The notes below the pieces were generated by a model. The model was not told where the DNA came from. It did no database searches and worked only from the letters and a program-made list of their open reading frames with translations. A stretch of 64,000 nt of DNA from Chloroflexota bacterium. Its GTDB lineage: Bacteria; Chloroflexota; UBA11872; UBA12225; JAJDUF01. Below are positions 28,749 through 38,107 of the stretch, in pieces; within the stretch, counting starts at the first letter, position 1; each line of letters starts with the position of its first letter. A program made the translations under genes and the position numbers. The stretch covers positions 2,973,255 to 3,037,254 of the forward strand of contig OZ250185.1 in NCBI GenBank assembly GCA_965238265.1, in the 5' to 3' direction.

Positions 28749-30053
28749 CTACAAGAGGCCGGACAGCAGCGTAGCCAGGCCCAAGAAGCTGAAGAAGCCC
28801 ATAATATCGGTGATGGTCGTGAGGAAGATCGAGGAGGACTGGGCGGGGTCCTGGCGCAGTGCCGCGAGCACCATCGGAACGCTGGCACCGGCGAGGGCAG
28901 CAATCGTCATCGAGATCACCATCGCCACGCCGATCACCAGACACAAACCCCACGACTGGCTCCAGACAAACACCCCAAGCATTGTGACCAGGGCGACGGC
29001 GCAGCCGTTCAGGGCGCCGGTGCCCACTTCCTTGAGGGCGATCCGCGGCCAGTGCCGGAGGTGGATTTCGCGCAGGGCCAGCCCTCGCAGCGTCACCGCC
29101 AGCGCCTGAGCGCCAGTATTGCCGGATTGACCGGCGACGACCGGCAGGAGCACCGCCAGCGCCGTAAACTGGGCAATCGTCCCTTCGAAGAGGCCCACGA
29201 CCGCGGCTGCCAAGAAGGCCGTCACGAGGTTGATTTGCAGCCACGGCAGGCGTTTGCGGACCGCAAAAATCAGCGGCGACAGCGCCCGTTCGTCCTTGCC
29301 GGCCCCCACCAGCATCTGCATATCGGCGCTGGCTTCCTCTTCCGTGACCTCGACCAGCGCCGCATGCCGGATCACACCTAGCAGCTTGCCCTCGAAATCT
29401 ACGACCGGCAGGCTCGTCAGGCGATGGTGGGTCAGCGCGGCGACGACTTCCTCGCGCGGCGCCATGGCCAGCACGCTGACCCGTGCTGCCGGCGCCAATC
29501 CACCCAGCTGCTCGTCCGGAGCAGCAAGGAGCAGCTGCTCCAACGCGACCGTGCCCGCAAAGCGGCCCTCGGGATCTACGAGGTAGACATTCAGCACTCG
29601 TTCTCGTGGCAGCGCATGCAGCCGGGCAATGGCGTCGCCGACCGTTGTCTCCGGACGGAATGCCGGAATACGCGGGTCCATGAGCTGGCCCGCCGAGTCG
29701 GTCGGATAGCTCATCTGCGTCTGCAGATCGCTGGCCAGACGACGATCCAGTCCCGCCAAGCGCTCGTTGCAGGTCTCCGTGTCGAGGCGGGCCAAAAGGG
29801 CAGCGGCCCGCGTGGGGTCCATCACCGGGAGTAGCTGGGCTACCGTCTCTTGGTCCGCCTCAACGAGCACGCGGGCGGCGACATCGGGAATCAGCCGCTC
29901 CACGACGGCAGCGGCTACCGGCGCAGCAACGGTGCGGAGCACGCCTAGGACCTCATCCAGCGGCTGGGCTTCGAGGAGCGCGGTGGCTTCTTCCGGATGG
30001 GAGCGCAGGTACTCCTGCGCGAGCGCCCGATGGCTCGGTACCTGACTATCCAT
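28749..30053 (-). CDS. mgtE: Magnesium transporter MgtE (MgtE_N + CBS pair + 5-TM channel domain)
   Basis: Domain order and the conserved TM-region motifs (GNTGAQ...). Confidence 0.85.
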   Translation of the reverse strand: MDSQVPSHRALAQEYLRSHPEEATALLEAQPLDEVLGVLRTVAAPVAAAVVERLIPDVAARVLVEADQETVAQLLPVMDPTRAAALLARLDTETCNERLAGLDRRLASDLQTQMSYPTDSAGQLMDPRIPAFRPETTVGDAIARLHALPRERVLNVYLVDPEGRFAGTVALEQLLLAAPDEQLGGLAPAARVSVLAMAPREEVVAALTHHRLTSLPVVDFEGKLLGVIRHAALVEVTEEEASADMQMLVGAGKDERALSPLIFAVRKRLPWLQINLVTAFLAAAVVGLFEGTIAQFTALAVLLPVVAGQSGNTGAQALAVTLRGLALREIHLRHWPRIALKEVGTGALNGCAVALVTMLGVFVWSQSWGLCLVIGVAMVISMTIAALAGASVPMVLAALRQDPAQSSSIFLTTITDIMGFFSFLGLATLLSGLL

Positions 30054-30915
30054 CACGCTGTTGCACACCCTTCTCCACCACTGGCGCGGGCTTGCCGCCG
30101 CGGTTTGCGAAGAGCCGGCTCATGCCGACCCAGTACAGCTCGGCAAGCGTGAGACCAAGCGCCAGCGCACTACCCCCGTCATCATCATCTCCAAGAGCAG
30201 CGGCGAGGAGCTGGAGCGTGCCATGCCGCAGCACGCCGACATACATATCCCCATCGGCCACCACCGGCAGCGCGTGGACGTGCCGCCAACCTGGATGGGC
30301 CAGGATCGCGGCACGGTCGGCCCACACCGATAAGCGGAGCACGTCGGTCTGCATCAGCACCGCCACCTGCTCCTCAGGAGCAGCACGCAGGAGGTCGCGG
30401 AGATCGAGCACACCGACAAGCCGGTGCTCGCGGTTGATGACATAGACATAGTGATGGAGATGGGCACGTGGGATGCCCTGGAGGCGAGTCAAGGTCTCGC
30501 CCACGCTTAGGTCGCTGGGAACGGCCGGAACGAGCGGGTCCATCATAGCGCCAGCGGTACCCTCGGGATAGCGCAGGACGTGCAGCAGCGCTTGCGCCGG
30601 TTGGGGCGGGGCCGCTGCGATGACCGCTGCTCGCGTCCGGTCGGGTAGCTGCCGCAGCAGCTGCGCCGCCACAGCAACATCGAGTTGCGCAACGGTCGCA
30701 CCAGCGTGATCGACGGGCATGGTGGCCAGACTCGCCACCGCACTGCCCGGGGCGCAGCGCCCCAGCACCGCCGCTGCCGTCGCCGCATCGAGCGCAGCCA
30801 GCGCCTCGGTAGCTTCCTCCGGCGACATCCGCTCCAGGAGACGCGCCGCCTCGCCGGGATGCCGTGTACAGTACGCTTCCGACAGCCGGCGCTCCTGGCG
30901 GGCCACCAACTCCAC
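30046..30915 (-). CDS. Stand-alone MgtE N-domain + CBS-pair cytoplasmic protein (no membrane domain)
   Basis: The MgtE_N-like helical region and CBS pair are present but there is no TM segment. It lies immediately upstream of, and overlapping, the full-length mgtE. Confidence 0.6.
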   Translation of the reverse strand: MELVARQERRLSEAYCTRHPGEAARLLERMSPEEATEALAALDAATAAAVLGRCAPGSAVASLATMPVDHAGATVAQLDVAVAAQLLRQLPDRTRAAVIAAAPPQPAQALLHVLRYPEGTAGAMMDPLVPAVPSDLSVGETLTRLQGIPRAHLHHYVYVINREHRLVGVLDLRDLLRAAPEEQVAVLMQTDVLRLSVWADRAAILAHPGWRHVHALPVVADGDMYVGVLRHGTLQLLAAALGDDDDGGSALALGLTLAELYWVGMSRLFANRGGKPAPVVEKGVQQRDG

Positions 30916-30916
30916 G

Positions 30917-31489
30917 TTACTCCCCCTTGGTCAGCAAGACCGATGGCTCTTCGCTGAACTTGCGGGCGGGAATCAGCACCCGTCCGGCGGTGGACTCGAT
31001 AATAACGGCCGTTTGGGTGATCTCGACGATGCGACCGGTCGTCGCCCCAATCCGCACGGTATCGCCGACGCGGTAGGCTTGCTGGACATAGTGGGCAGCG
31101 ATGATGTTGCTGGCCACCGGACCGGCCCCCAGCGCAAAGGCCAGTGCTGCACCGGCGAGCAGGGCGCCGCCGGTCACGGTGACCATGAGGGTGAGTGGTC
31201 CGGTATCAATGCCTAACTGGCTGGCACTGGTCACTGCGGCGATCAGGATCACCGCAACCTGCGCCGCGCGGCCCAGCAGGGAAGCATAGGACAGGCCCAC
31301 GGAGCTAGCGACCTCACTGAGGAGACCGCGGACGAGGTTGCCAGCGAGTAGGCCGGCGAAGAGCACGAGCACCGCCGAGAGGACACTGGGCAGGTACGTG
31401 GCGAAGTTGCTCAGGAGCAGACTCAACACGTTTAGGCCAAACACCTCCACCGCCGCCGTGAGAAACACCAGGAGCACAACCCAAAACAC
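30917..31489 (-). CDS. Small-conductance mechanosensitive channel (MscS-family) core
   Basis: TM3-like segment followed by the beta domain motif VGDTVRIGATTGRIVEIT. Confidence 0.7.
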   Translation of the reverse strand: MFWVVLLVFLTAAVEVFGLNVLSLLLSNFATYLPSVLSAVLVLFAGLLAGNLVRGLLSEVASSVGLSYASLLGRAAQVAVILIAAVTSASQLGIDTGPLTLMVTVTGGALLAGAALAFALGAGPVASNIIAAHYVQQAYRVGDTVRIGATTGRIVEITQTAVIIESTAGRVLIPARKFSEEPSVLLTKGE

Positions 31490-31516
31490 GATTGTCCCGA
31501 TGAAGGTAGGGGCCGC

Positions 31517-31783
31517 CTACGGCAGGCCGAGGCGGGCCATGGTGCGCCGGACCCGGTCATTCCGGGTGAGCCACGCGAGTCCGCCGACGATGAAGCGGGT
31601 ACTCCACGCCTGCAAGAGACGGGCTAGGACCCAGCCAGCGAGGAAGAGGAGGATTCCCGCGAGCAGGCTTGGCAGATACTCTGTGAAACTACCGATGATC
31701 CGGGCAACGAGGTCACCCAGGGCAGTAAGCGGTCGAGACAAGTTCATGGCGGCCTCCGGAAGGACATTACAACTAGGTCGCAC
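31517..31783 (-). CDS. Conserved-TM-helix (MscS N-terminal PF05552-like) segment; same frame as the 30917..31489 ORF and separated from it by one TAG
   Basis: TEYLPSLLAGILLFLAGWVLARLL is the TM_helix motif found N-terminal in many MscS proteins. Frame continuity (31783 and 31489 both 1 mod 3) gives a 9-codon linker if TAG 31517-31519 is read through. Confidence 0.45.
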   Translation of the reverse strand: MRPSCNVLPEAAMNLSRPLTALGDLVARIIGSFTEYLPSLLAGILLFLAGWVLARLLQAWSTRFIVGGLAWLTRNDRVRRTMARLGLP

Positions 31784-31842
31784 CAGACTGCAACCGGCAT
31801 CCGGCCTTATACCTAGCCTGGCGCGTCCTTAGCCCGCACCCC

Positions 31843-33666
31843 TCAGAACGGCCAGACCAGCGGAACGACCACAAGCGAGACGGTCAGCAGCAGCAGCGCG
31901 AGCGGCGTCCCGGCCCGCGTGTAGTCGCCGAACCGGTAGCCGCCGGGGGCGTAGACGATGATGCTGGTCTGATGGCCTATGGGGGTCATAAAGGCGGTCG
32001 AGGTGGCAATGGCGAGGGCGACTACGAACGGATACGGGCTGACGCCCAGCGTCTCGGCGACGGTGATGGCAACCGGGGCGAGCAGCACCGTCGCGGCGGC
32101 ATTGGACATGACCTGCGTGAGCAAGGTCGCTACACAGTAGAGCGCCGCGAGCACCACGAGCGGCCCCCAGGCGCCGGTCCAGGCCACCAGCTGATCGGCG
32201 ATGAACGTGGCGGTGCCGGTTACCTCCAGGGCCGTGCCCAGGGGAAGCGTACCGGCGATGAGGACGACGGAGTGCCATTCGACCGAATGATAGAGGCGGG
32301 CCGGCTGGACGCAGCCGGTCGCCACCATGACGACGACGCCAAGCAGGCCGGCGACGGCGATGTGGAGCACGCCCAACGCGGCCAATAGCACTACGCCCGC
32401 CATAATGCCGGCGGCCGTGAGCGTGCGTCGCCGGCCGGTATCGGTCGGCTCGACGGTGTCCAGCGGCAGCAATCCCTGCGTGGCGGCGAGCGCAGCGAGT
32501 CGCTCTGCGGAGCCGCGCAGCAGCAGGACGTCGCCCTGCGCTAACGGCACGTCGGTCAAGCGCGTGTGGATGGCTTGTCCGCGTCGCCAGATGCCGAGCA
32601 CGGAGACGCCGAACCGCGTGCGGAAGTTGGCCTGCACGACGGTTTGGTGCAGGAAGCTGGCGCCGGGCACGACGACGGCTTCCAGCATGGCGACCTCGCC
32701 GCTGGTAAGCGGGGCATCGGAATTTGCCATTTCGAGCAGATCCAGCTGACCGGTTTGGACGAGCTTCAGCACGTCGGCCTGCTGGCCGTTGACGACGACG
32801 GTATCGCCGACTTGCAGCACGTCGTGCCGTGTTGGGAAGCGGTTAATCAACGTACCGGAATGGATGCGGACGACCTGGAGGCCGTAGCGTTCGGAGATGC
32901 CGCTCTCGGCGAGGGTTTTGCCGTTGAGCGGGGAGTCTTCGGGCACACTCAACTCGGCGAGGTAGCGGCGCAGCTCCCGCACGGCGCTCGGATCGGTGGG
33001 GCTGGGCCGGACGGGCAAGAGCCAGCGTCCGGCGACGGCAAAGTAGAGCACGCCGGTGGCCAAGACGGCGATTCCGGTGGGGAGGTAGTCGAACACCTGT
33101 AGTGGGACGTGACCGCTGTCGGCGAGGGCCTGACTGACCAGCAGGTTTGGCGGCGTACCGATAAGGGTCAGATTGCCGCCGAGCATCGATCCGAAGGCCA
33201 GGGGGATCAGCAGTCGGCTGGGTGCAATGCGGCTTTGGGCGCCGATAGCGAGCACCGCCGGCAGCAGGATGGCCATGGCGCCGACATTGTTCATCACCGC
33301 TGATAGCAGGCCGACGGTAACGATGACCAGCAGCGTGAGCCAGGCGGCACTGTGGCCGGCCACGCGCTGCAGGCCGGCGGCGATGCGGTGCGCCACGCCG
33401 GCGCGTACCAGCCCGTGGCTGAGGATGAACATGGCCACCACGGTCAGAACCGCCGGATTGGCGAACCCGGCGAGTGCCTGCTCAACGCTGAGGAGACCGT
33501 AGCGCGCGAGAACGAAACCGCCGTCGGGGCTACGCTTGATGACCGGCACCGTGACCAGAATGACCAGTACGAGCAGGGCAACGATGTCCGCGGGCAGCCG
33601 CTCGGTGGCGAACAGTATCAGCACCGCGATCAAAATGATGAAGACGAGGACGATCTCTGCCGTCAC
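31843..33666 (-). CDS. SLC13/DASS-family (CitT/sodium:sulfate symporter type) permease with two internal TrkA-C domains
   Basis: Two hydrophobic halves flank a soluble insert with TrkA_C-like repeats (VGDTVVVNGQ..., QGDVLLLRGS...). Confidence 0.8.
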   Translation of the reverse strand: MTAEIVLVFIILIAVLILFATERLPADIVALLVLVILVTVPVIKRSPDGGFVLARYGLLSVEQALAGFANPAVLTVVAMFILSHGLVRAGVAHRIAAGLQRVAGHSAAWLTLLVIVTVGLLSAVMNNVGAMAILLPAVLAIGAQSRIAPSRLLIPLAFGSMLGGNLTLIGTPPNLLVSQALADSGHVPLQVFDYLPTGIAVLATGVLYFAVAGRWLLPVRPSPTDPSAVRELRRYLAELSVPEDSPLNGKTLAESGISERYGLQVVRIHSGTLINRFPTRHDVLQVGDTVVVNGQQADVLKLVQTGQLDLLEMANSDAPLTSGEVAMLEAVVVPGASFLHQTVVQANFRTRFGVSVLGIWRRGQAIHTRLTDVPLAQGDVLLLRGSAERLAALAATQGLLPLDTVEPTDTGRRRTLTAAGIMAGVVLLAALGVLHIAVAGLLGVVVMVATGCVQPARLYHSVEWHSVVLIAGTLPLGTALEVTGTATFIADQLVAWTGAWGPLVVLAALYCVATLLTQVMSNAAATVLLAPVAITVAETLGVSPYPFVVALAIATSTAFMTPIGHQTSIIVYAPGGYRFGDYTRAGTPLALLLLTVSLVVVPLVWPF

Positions 33667-33779
33667 AAGCTCCTCTTTCTCAGTGTTCGGTGGCCCGTGG
33701 CCCGTGACCAGGCTCCCTCCGGCTCCGCCGCTCCGCCGGGAGACCTGGATTCCGGCCTACGCCGGAATGACGGTGGCCA

Positions 33780-34661
33780 ATGACCACTGACCGGCAGCCG
33801 ACCACCGACCACCGGCTACTAGCCACCAGCTACTGGCTACTGGCGCTGGCACGGGGCACCATCCGGCGGTTTCGGGCACACGACTGCCCCCTCCTGGCCG
33901 CTGGGCTGGCCTTCTACACCATTTTATCGCTGTTTCCGCTATTACTCGGCCTGACCGCCATCTTCAGTCTCCTCCTGGAGAGCGCCACCCTGCAAGCACA
34001 ACTCATTACCATAGTCGGCAGCGCCTTTCCCGGGTCCATGGACCTCCTTACCCACACCGTCACTGAGGCCGTTGGCGCCTGGCGCACCGCTGGCGTGGTC
34101 TCGCTGGTCACGCTCGTCGGGACGGCCAGCCTGATTTTCGCGGCGGTCAGGCGGGCGCTGAACCGCGCTTGGGGCGTCGAGCGTCCCCGCACCTTTGTCC
34201 GTCGGCGGCTGTTGGAGGCGGCGATGCTCGGCAGCGTAGTCCTGCTTGTCCTGGCCTCTTGGGCGGCCGTGTCGCTCTTCTCGGTGATCAGACCGTTGCT
34301 GCCGGCCACCCTGGCGGTGCCGGGCACCGGCCCGGTGGCCGGCGCAGTCGCCGCCCTGACCTCGTTCGCCCTGTCGCTCGGCGCCTTTGCCCTGCTGTAC
34401 CGGTTTGTGCCCAAGGCGAACGTAACCTGGTCGGACGTCCGGCTCGGCGCCCTGCTGGCCGCCATCATGTTCGAGGCCAGCAAATACGCCTTCAGCTGGT
34501 ACTTGACCAGCTTCGCGCGCTATTCGCTGATCTACGGCTCGCTCGGGACCACCATTGTCTTCCTGATGTGGTCCTATCTCGCGGCGCTCATCCTGCTGCT
34601 CGGCGCCGAGCTTACCGCCGAATACGCGCACCTCCGCCGCGCCAAGCCTGATTTGCCCTAG
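33780..34661 (+). CDS. YihY/BrkB (virulence factor BrkB / ribonuclease BN-like) family membrane protein
   Basis: AAGLAFYTILSLFPLLL...GSLGTTIVFLMWSYL signature and six TM segments. Confidence 0.8.
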   Translation: MTTDRQPTTDHRLLATSYWLLALARGTIRRFRAHDCPLLAAGLAFYTILSLFPLLLGLTAIFSLLLESATLQAQLITIVGSAFPGSMDLLTHTVTEAVGAWRTAGVVSLVTLVGTASLIFAAVRRALNRAWGVERPRTFVRRRLLEAAMLGSVVLLVLASWAAVSLFSVIRPLLPATLAVPGTGPVAGAVAALTSFALSLGAFALLYRFVPKANVTWSDVRLGALLAAIMFEASKYAFSWYLTSFARYSLIYGSLGTTIVFLMWSYLAALILLLGAELTAEYAHLRRAKPDLP

Positions 34662-34880
34662 CTGGGGCCGGCCATGATCGCAACAACCGGCGCCGGCCGG
34701 CAGCCCGGCAACCGGCACGGCACGCCCATGCTACAGTTGGTATATTTCTTGTGAGGCTCACTTAGGTGAAAGTATGAGGGCCGCCTAGGTACAAAACAAA
34801 GGAGGTGGGAGAAGGCTGGGTAGTGTTGGGCGTAAGAGACGCTAGGTGCCCGGGAAAGCACCAGAAAAGGAGCGCGGGGC

Positions 34881-35474
34881 ATGGCACGTCTACTGGAAGC
34901 CTTACGGTATCACCCTGGCGAAGTACGCGATCCGTCGCTGGCTAGGTTTGTGTTCACGAACCTGAGATTCGCGTGGGTGTGGGCACTACTCCGCATCTGG
35001 CTTGGCTGGCAGTGGCTCGACGCGGGCCGGCACAAGATAGACAATCCGGCCTGGATCGAGACCGGTGTGGCCCTCAAAGGCTACTGGGCCCGGGCGATTA
35101 CCGTCCCGGAAGAGGGGCGGGCCCCCGTGACCTTCGGCTGGTACCGCAGCTTCCTCGAAGGGCTGCTCAATGGCGAGCACTATACCTGATTTGCCCCGCT
35201 GGTCGCCTGGGGTGAGGTGCTGGTAGGCATTGCCCTGATTGTCGGCGCACTCACGGGTATCATGGCATTCCTCGGTGAGTTCATGAACTGGAACTTCATC
35301 ATGGCGGGAACAGCCAGCAGCAACCCGCTACTGATGGTCGTCGCCATTGGCCTGATGCTCGCCTGGAAGACCGCTGGCTACTGGGGTGTGGACCGCGTGC
35401 TGCTCCCGATCCTGGGAACACCGTGGCAAATGGGCACTGTTGGCGAGCTGGGCAAGCACGCTACGCGCGAATAA
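34881..35474 (+). CDS. DoxX/DoxD-like small membrane protein interrupted by a single in-frame TGA at 35187-35189
   Basis: ORFs 34881..35189 and 35217..35474 are in the same frame. Reading through gives ...LLNGEHYT*FAPLVAWGEVLVGIALIVGALTG..., a continuous DoxX-type TM topology. Confidence 0.55.
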
Positions 35475-35778
35475 ATCGCAGCACCTCACCCCCCGGCCCC
35501 CTCCCTAACCCTTCCCCCTGCTGACGCACCGGGCCGGGAACACCGTCCCCCCGCTGTGCGGGGGGACCACAGGGGACCGGAGTGACGAGGGCGCGGCGCG
35601 CATTCCCCCCTTGACAAGCAGCCCCCCGACCTGGATACCCAGAGCGTACTCACCACAAGTACGCACCCTCACTCGGCAGAGGTCGGCAGTAGTCGGGGTC
35701 ATGCCCCCTTGCGGCCTCTGTCGAGGATGCGGCGACTTGTGGTAAGTAGCCCGATTCTCTGCTGCAAGGGGGTTCCTC

Positions 35779-36523
35779 ATGCATACCGCCGGGCTACGTT
35801 TCCTCGTCCTGGTCGCCGCCGTCTTCCTCATCGGCAGTATCGCTCCGGTCCAGGCGCAGGGCGCCTTCTCGCATGGCACCGTCGTCGCGCTCCAAGGCAC
35901 GCCGCATCTCTGGTTCGCCGACGAACGGGGCGTCCTGCATTGGGGCGGCGACACGCGCGCCTTGGCCGGCAAGCATATCGCTTGGAGCAACCGCGTCGAG
36001 GTGAGCCTCCGACCAACTCCGCACGCTGCCGGTTGGCGATCCCTGGCTATCCGCCGGCCTGCTGAAAGACGGCGATCCCATCTATCTGGTCAAGTGGGAG
36101 ACCGACTGGGAGTTGCCGCAGCTGCTCCACATCCAGTCCATCGGCGACGTGGAGCTATTCGGGATCAACGGCAGCAACTACGGCAACTTCGTGATCGACC
36201 GCCCGGCATGGGAGGCCCGCTATGGCATCTCGGCGGCCGGTCTGCAACGCGGCGTTTTGGCCTCGGCTGTACCTGCTACCACACCAGCGCAACCGAGTAC
36301 ACCGTTCGGGGATGGAGAGTGGCGTGTCGGCATAGACATTGCGCCGGGCACGTATCTCACGACTGGGACCGATAGCTGCTACTGGCAAAGAAGCTCTGGG
36401 TTTAGTGGCACCTTCAACGATATCCTGGCCAACGATAATCCTCGGGGACAAGCGGTCGTTACCATTCTGCCGAGTGATGTTGGTTTCACCTCGAAGCGGT
36501 GCGGTACGTGGACTAAGCGATGA
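35779..36523 (+). CDS. Secreted hypothetical protein (signal peptide LVLVAAVFLIGSIAPVQA); coding frame shifts +1 near 35995-36005
   Basis: Frame 1 (35779...) and frame 2 (...36523) both carry protein-like sequence. Frame 2 upstream of its first Met reads LRTLPVGDPWLSAGLLKDGDPIYLVKWETDWELPQLLHIQ, continuous with the frame-1 product. Confidence 0.5.
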
Positions 36524-36589
36524 TCCACAAGATAGGGATTGCGGAAGGTTCGGCTCCATCCAGGAGCGATTTCGCAGAAAGGAGCACAC

Positions 36590-36817
36590 ATGTCACAGCA
36601 GCCTAACCCAGTACCCCAGCCGAGCACCACAGTAGTCGCAGCCACACCACAGGCCGTGAGGTATCGTCTGAAGTTCACTGGTAGCTTTGGGGACTATTTT
36701 CTCAAGTCCCTAGGGCTGCTCGTGTTGAGTATTGTCACGTTCGGACTTGCCATCCCGTACTGGATGTACTGGCAGTGGAAGTACTTCTTCGATCACATGG
36801 AGATGGAGCAGTACTAG
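36590..36817 (+). CDS. Small (75 aa) membrane protein with DUF898/YjgN-like N-terminal motif; low-GC gene
   Basis: RYRLKFTGSFGDYFLKSLGLLVLSIVTFGLAIPYWMYWQWKYF resembles the first repeat unit of DUF898 proteins. The RBS aaaggag is 6 nt upstream. GC is ~52%. Confidence 0.45.
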   Translation: MSQQPNPVPQPSTTVVAATPQAVRYRLKFTGSFGDYFLKSLGLLVLSIVTFGLAIPYWMYWQWKYFFDHMEMEQY

Positions 36818-37013
36818 CTGCCCGGGAGGTGGTCGTCAGTCGGGATCAACAGGCCACCTAAGCCGAGTCACCCTCGACGGCGGAGGGACCGCACTGCGCC
36901 GCGCGCCGCCCGTTCCCATTTGTCAGGAGCGGGATTACCAGGATGGAAGGATGGGCAGGATAGGTGGTCCGCAATCCGGGCCATCCGCTCACCTTGCAAA
37001 TCCTGATGCTGAC

Positions 37014-37033
37014 AAAAAGGGGGGCGGCGCCCC
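37014..37033 (-). terminator. Rho-independent-terminator-like hairpin on the minus strand (GGGGCG/CGCCCC stem followed by U-run) with no obvious upstream minus-strand gene
   Basis: Plus strand gacAAAAAggggggcggcgcccc. On the minus strand this reads ggggcgccgcccccc followed by TTTTTg. Confidence 0.3.
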
Positions 37034-37345
37034 GATAGCCCTCCCGTTTCGCCGGGGGCCATAGATTACGGCTTGCGCCGCAATGACGGGCGGCGGCCCT
37101 CCCCCCGGCCCACTCCCCTGTGAGTGCCCACTCCGCAGGGAGACAGGCGTCACCTCGTACCCCTCTGTCCATCCTGTGTATCCATGTGAATACCCGGCGG
37201 CCTGCTCCGAGCGATGCAGTGGTCTGGTCACTCTCCACTCTGCACTCGCCACTCAAGACGTTGCGCCGCGACCCCATATTCAGGTGTAATGCCTGCCAAC
37301 AGCGAGCAGCTTGTTGCGACAACAGCGAAGGGAGCGGCAAACACG

Positions 37346-38107
37346 ATGCGTAAGAATCCAGGGCTTGCCAAGCTACGCGCAGGAGGAGTATCGGCCGGGC
37401 CGGGCGTCAGCTTCGGCTCACCCGACATCGCCGAGCAGGCGGCCAGTGTCGGCTTCGAGTGGGTATGGCTCGACTGGCAGCACGGTCAGTGGACGGAGAG
37501 CGCTCTGAACAATGCGCTGGCCCGCTTTCTCGCCTTCGAGACGGCCCCCATTGTGCGCGTGAAGGGCCACGAGTTGGGCACCATCAACCGAGTGCTAGAT
37601 ATGGGCGCAATGGGCGTGATCGTGCCGATGGTGCAGAATGCCGAGCAGGCGCGCTACGTCGCCCAAGCCGCCTACTACCCCCCGCTCGGTATGCGCTCGG
37701 TGGGCGGGATGCGTCTCGGCCTCTACGCTGACGGTACCCCGGCTGAGTACCAACGGCAGGCCAACGACGAGATCATGCTCGTGGTGATGGTGGAGACCGA
37801 GGAGGCTATCGGCAACATCACCGAGATCATGAGCGTGCCAGGCGTAGATGTCGCCCTGATTGGCCCCGCCGATCTGATGATTGACGTGAAAGCGAACGGC
37901 CACGATGCAGCACGCCATGAAGAGCTGGTCTTGCAGGTCGCCGCAGCCGCGCAGGAGACCGGCACAGCAGCCGGTTATGTCTGCCAGAGCCACGAGGAAG
38001 CGAATACGCGCGTCGGGCAAGGTTTCCGCTTCGTGGCCCACGGCTCGGATAGAGCAGCCGTCCAGGCCGCCTTCCGGGCGGCGTTGGCCGACAGCCGGAG
38101 TTGGTAG
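37346..38107 (+). CDS. HpcH/HpaI-family 2-keto-3-deoxy-sugar-acid aldolase
   Basis: Class II aldolase/PEP-utilizer TIM barrel signature ...WVWLDWQHG...MVETEEA...ALIGPADL.... Confidence 0.8.
   Translation: MRKNPGLAKLRAGGVSAGPGVSFGSPDIAEQAASVGFEWVWLDWQHGQWTESALNNALARFLAFETAPIVRVKGHELGTINRVLDMGAMGVIVPMVQNAEQARYVAQAAYYPPLGMRSVGGMRLGLYADGTPAEYQRQANDEIMLVVMVETEEAIGNITEIMSVPGVDVALIGPADLMIDVKANGHDAARHEELVLQVAAAAQETGTAAGYVCQSHEEANTRVGQGFRFVAHGSDRAAVQAAFRAALADSRSW

Noticed and set aside
35187-35189. Selenocysteine at the in-frame TGA codons (also 587-589)
   Set aside because: No convincing SECIS-like stem-loop immediately 3' of either TGA. The positions are not redox Cys sites, and other genes in the window use TGA as a normal terminator.
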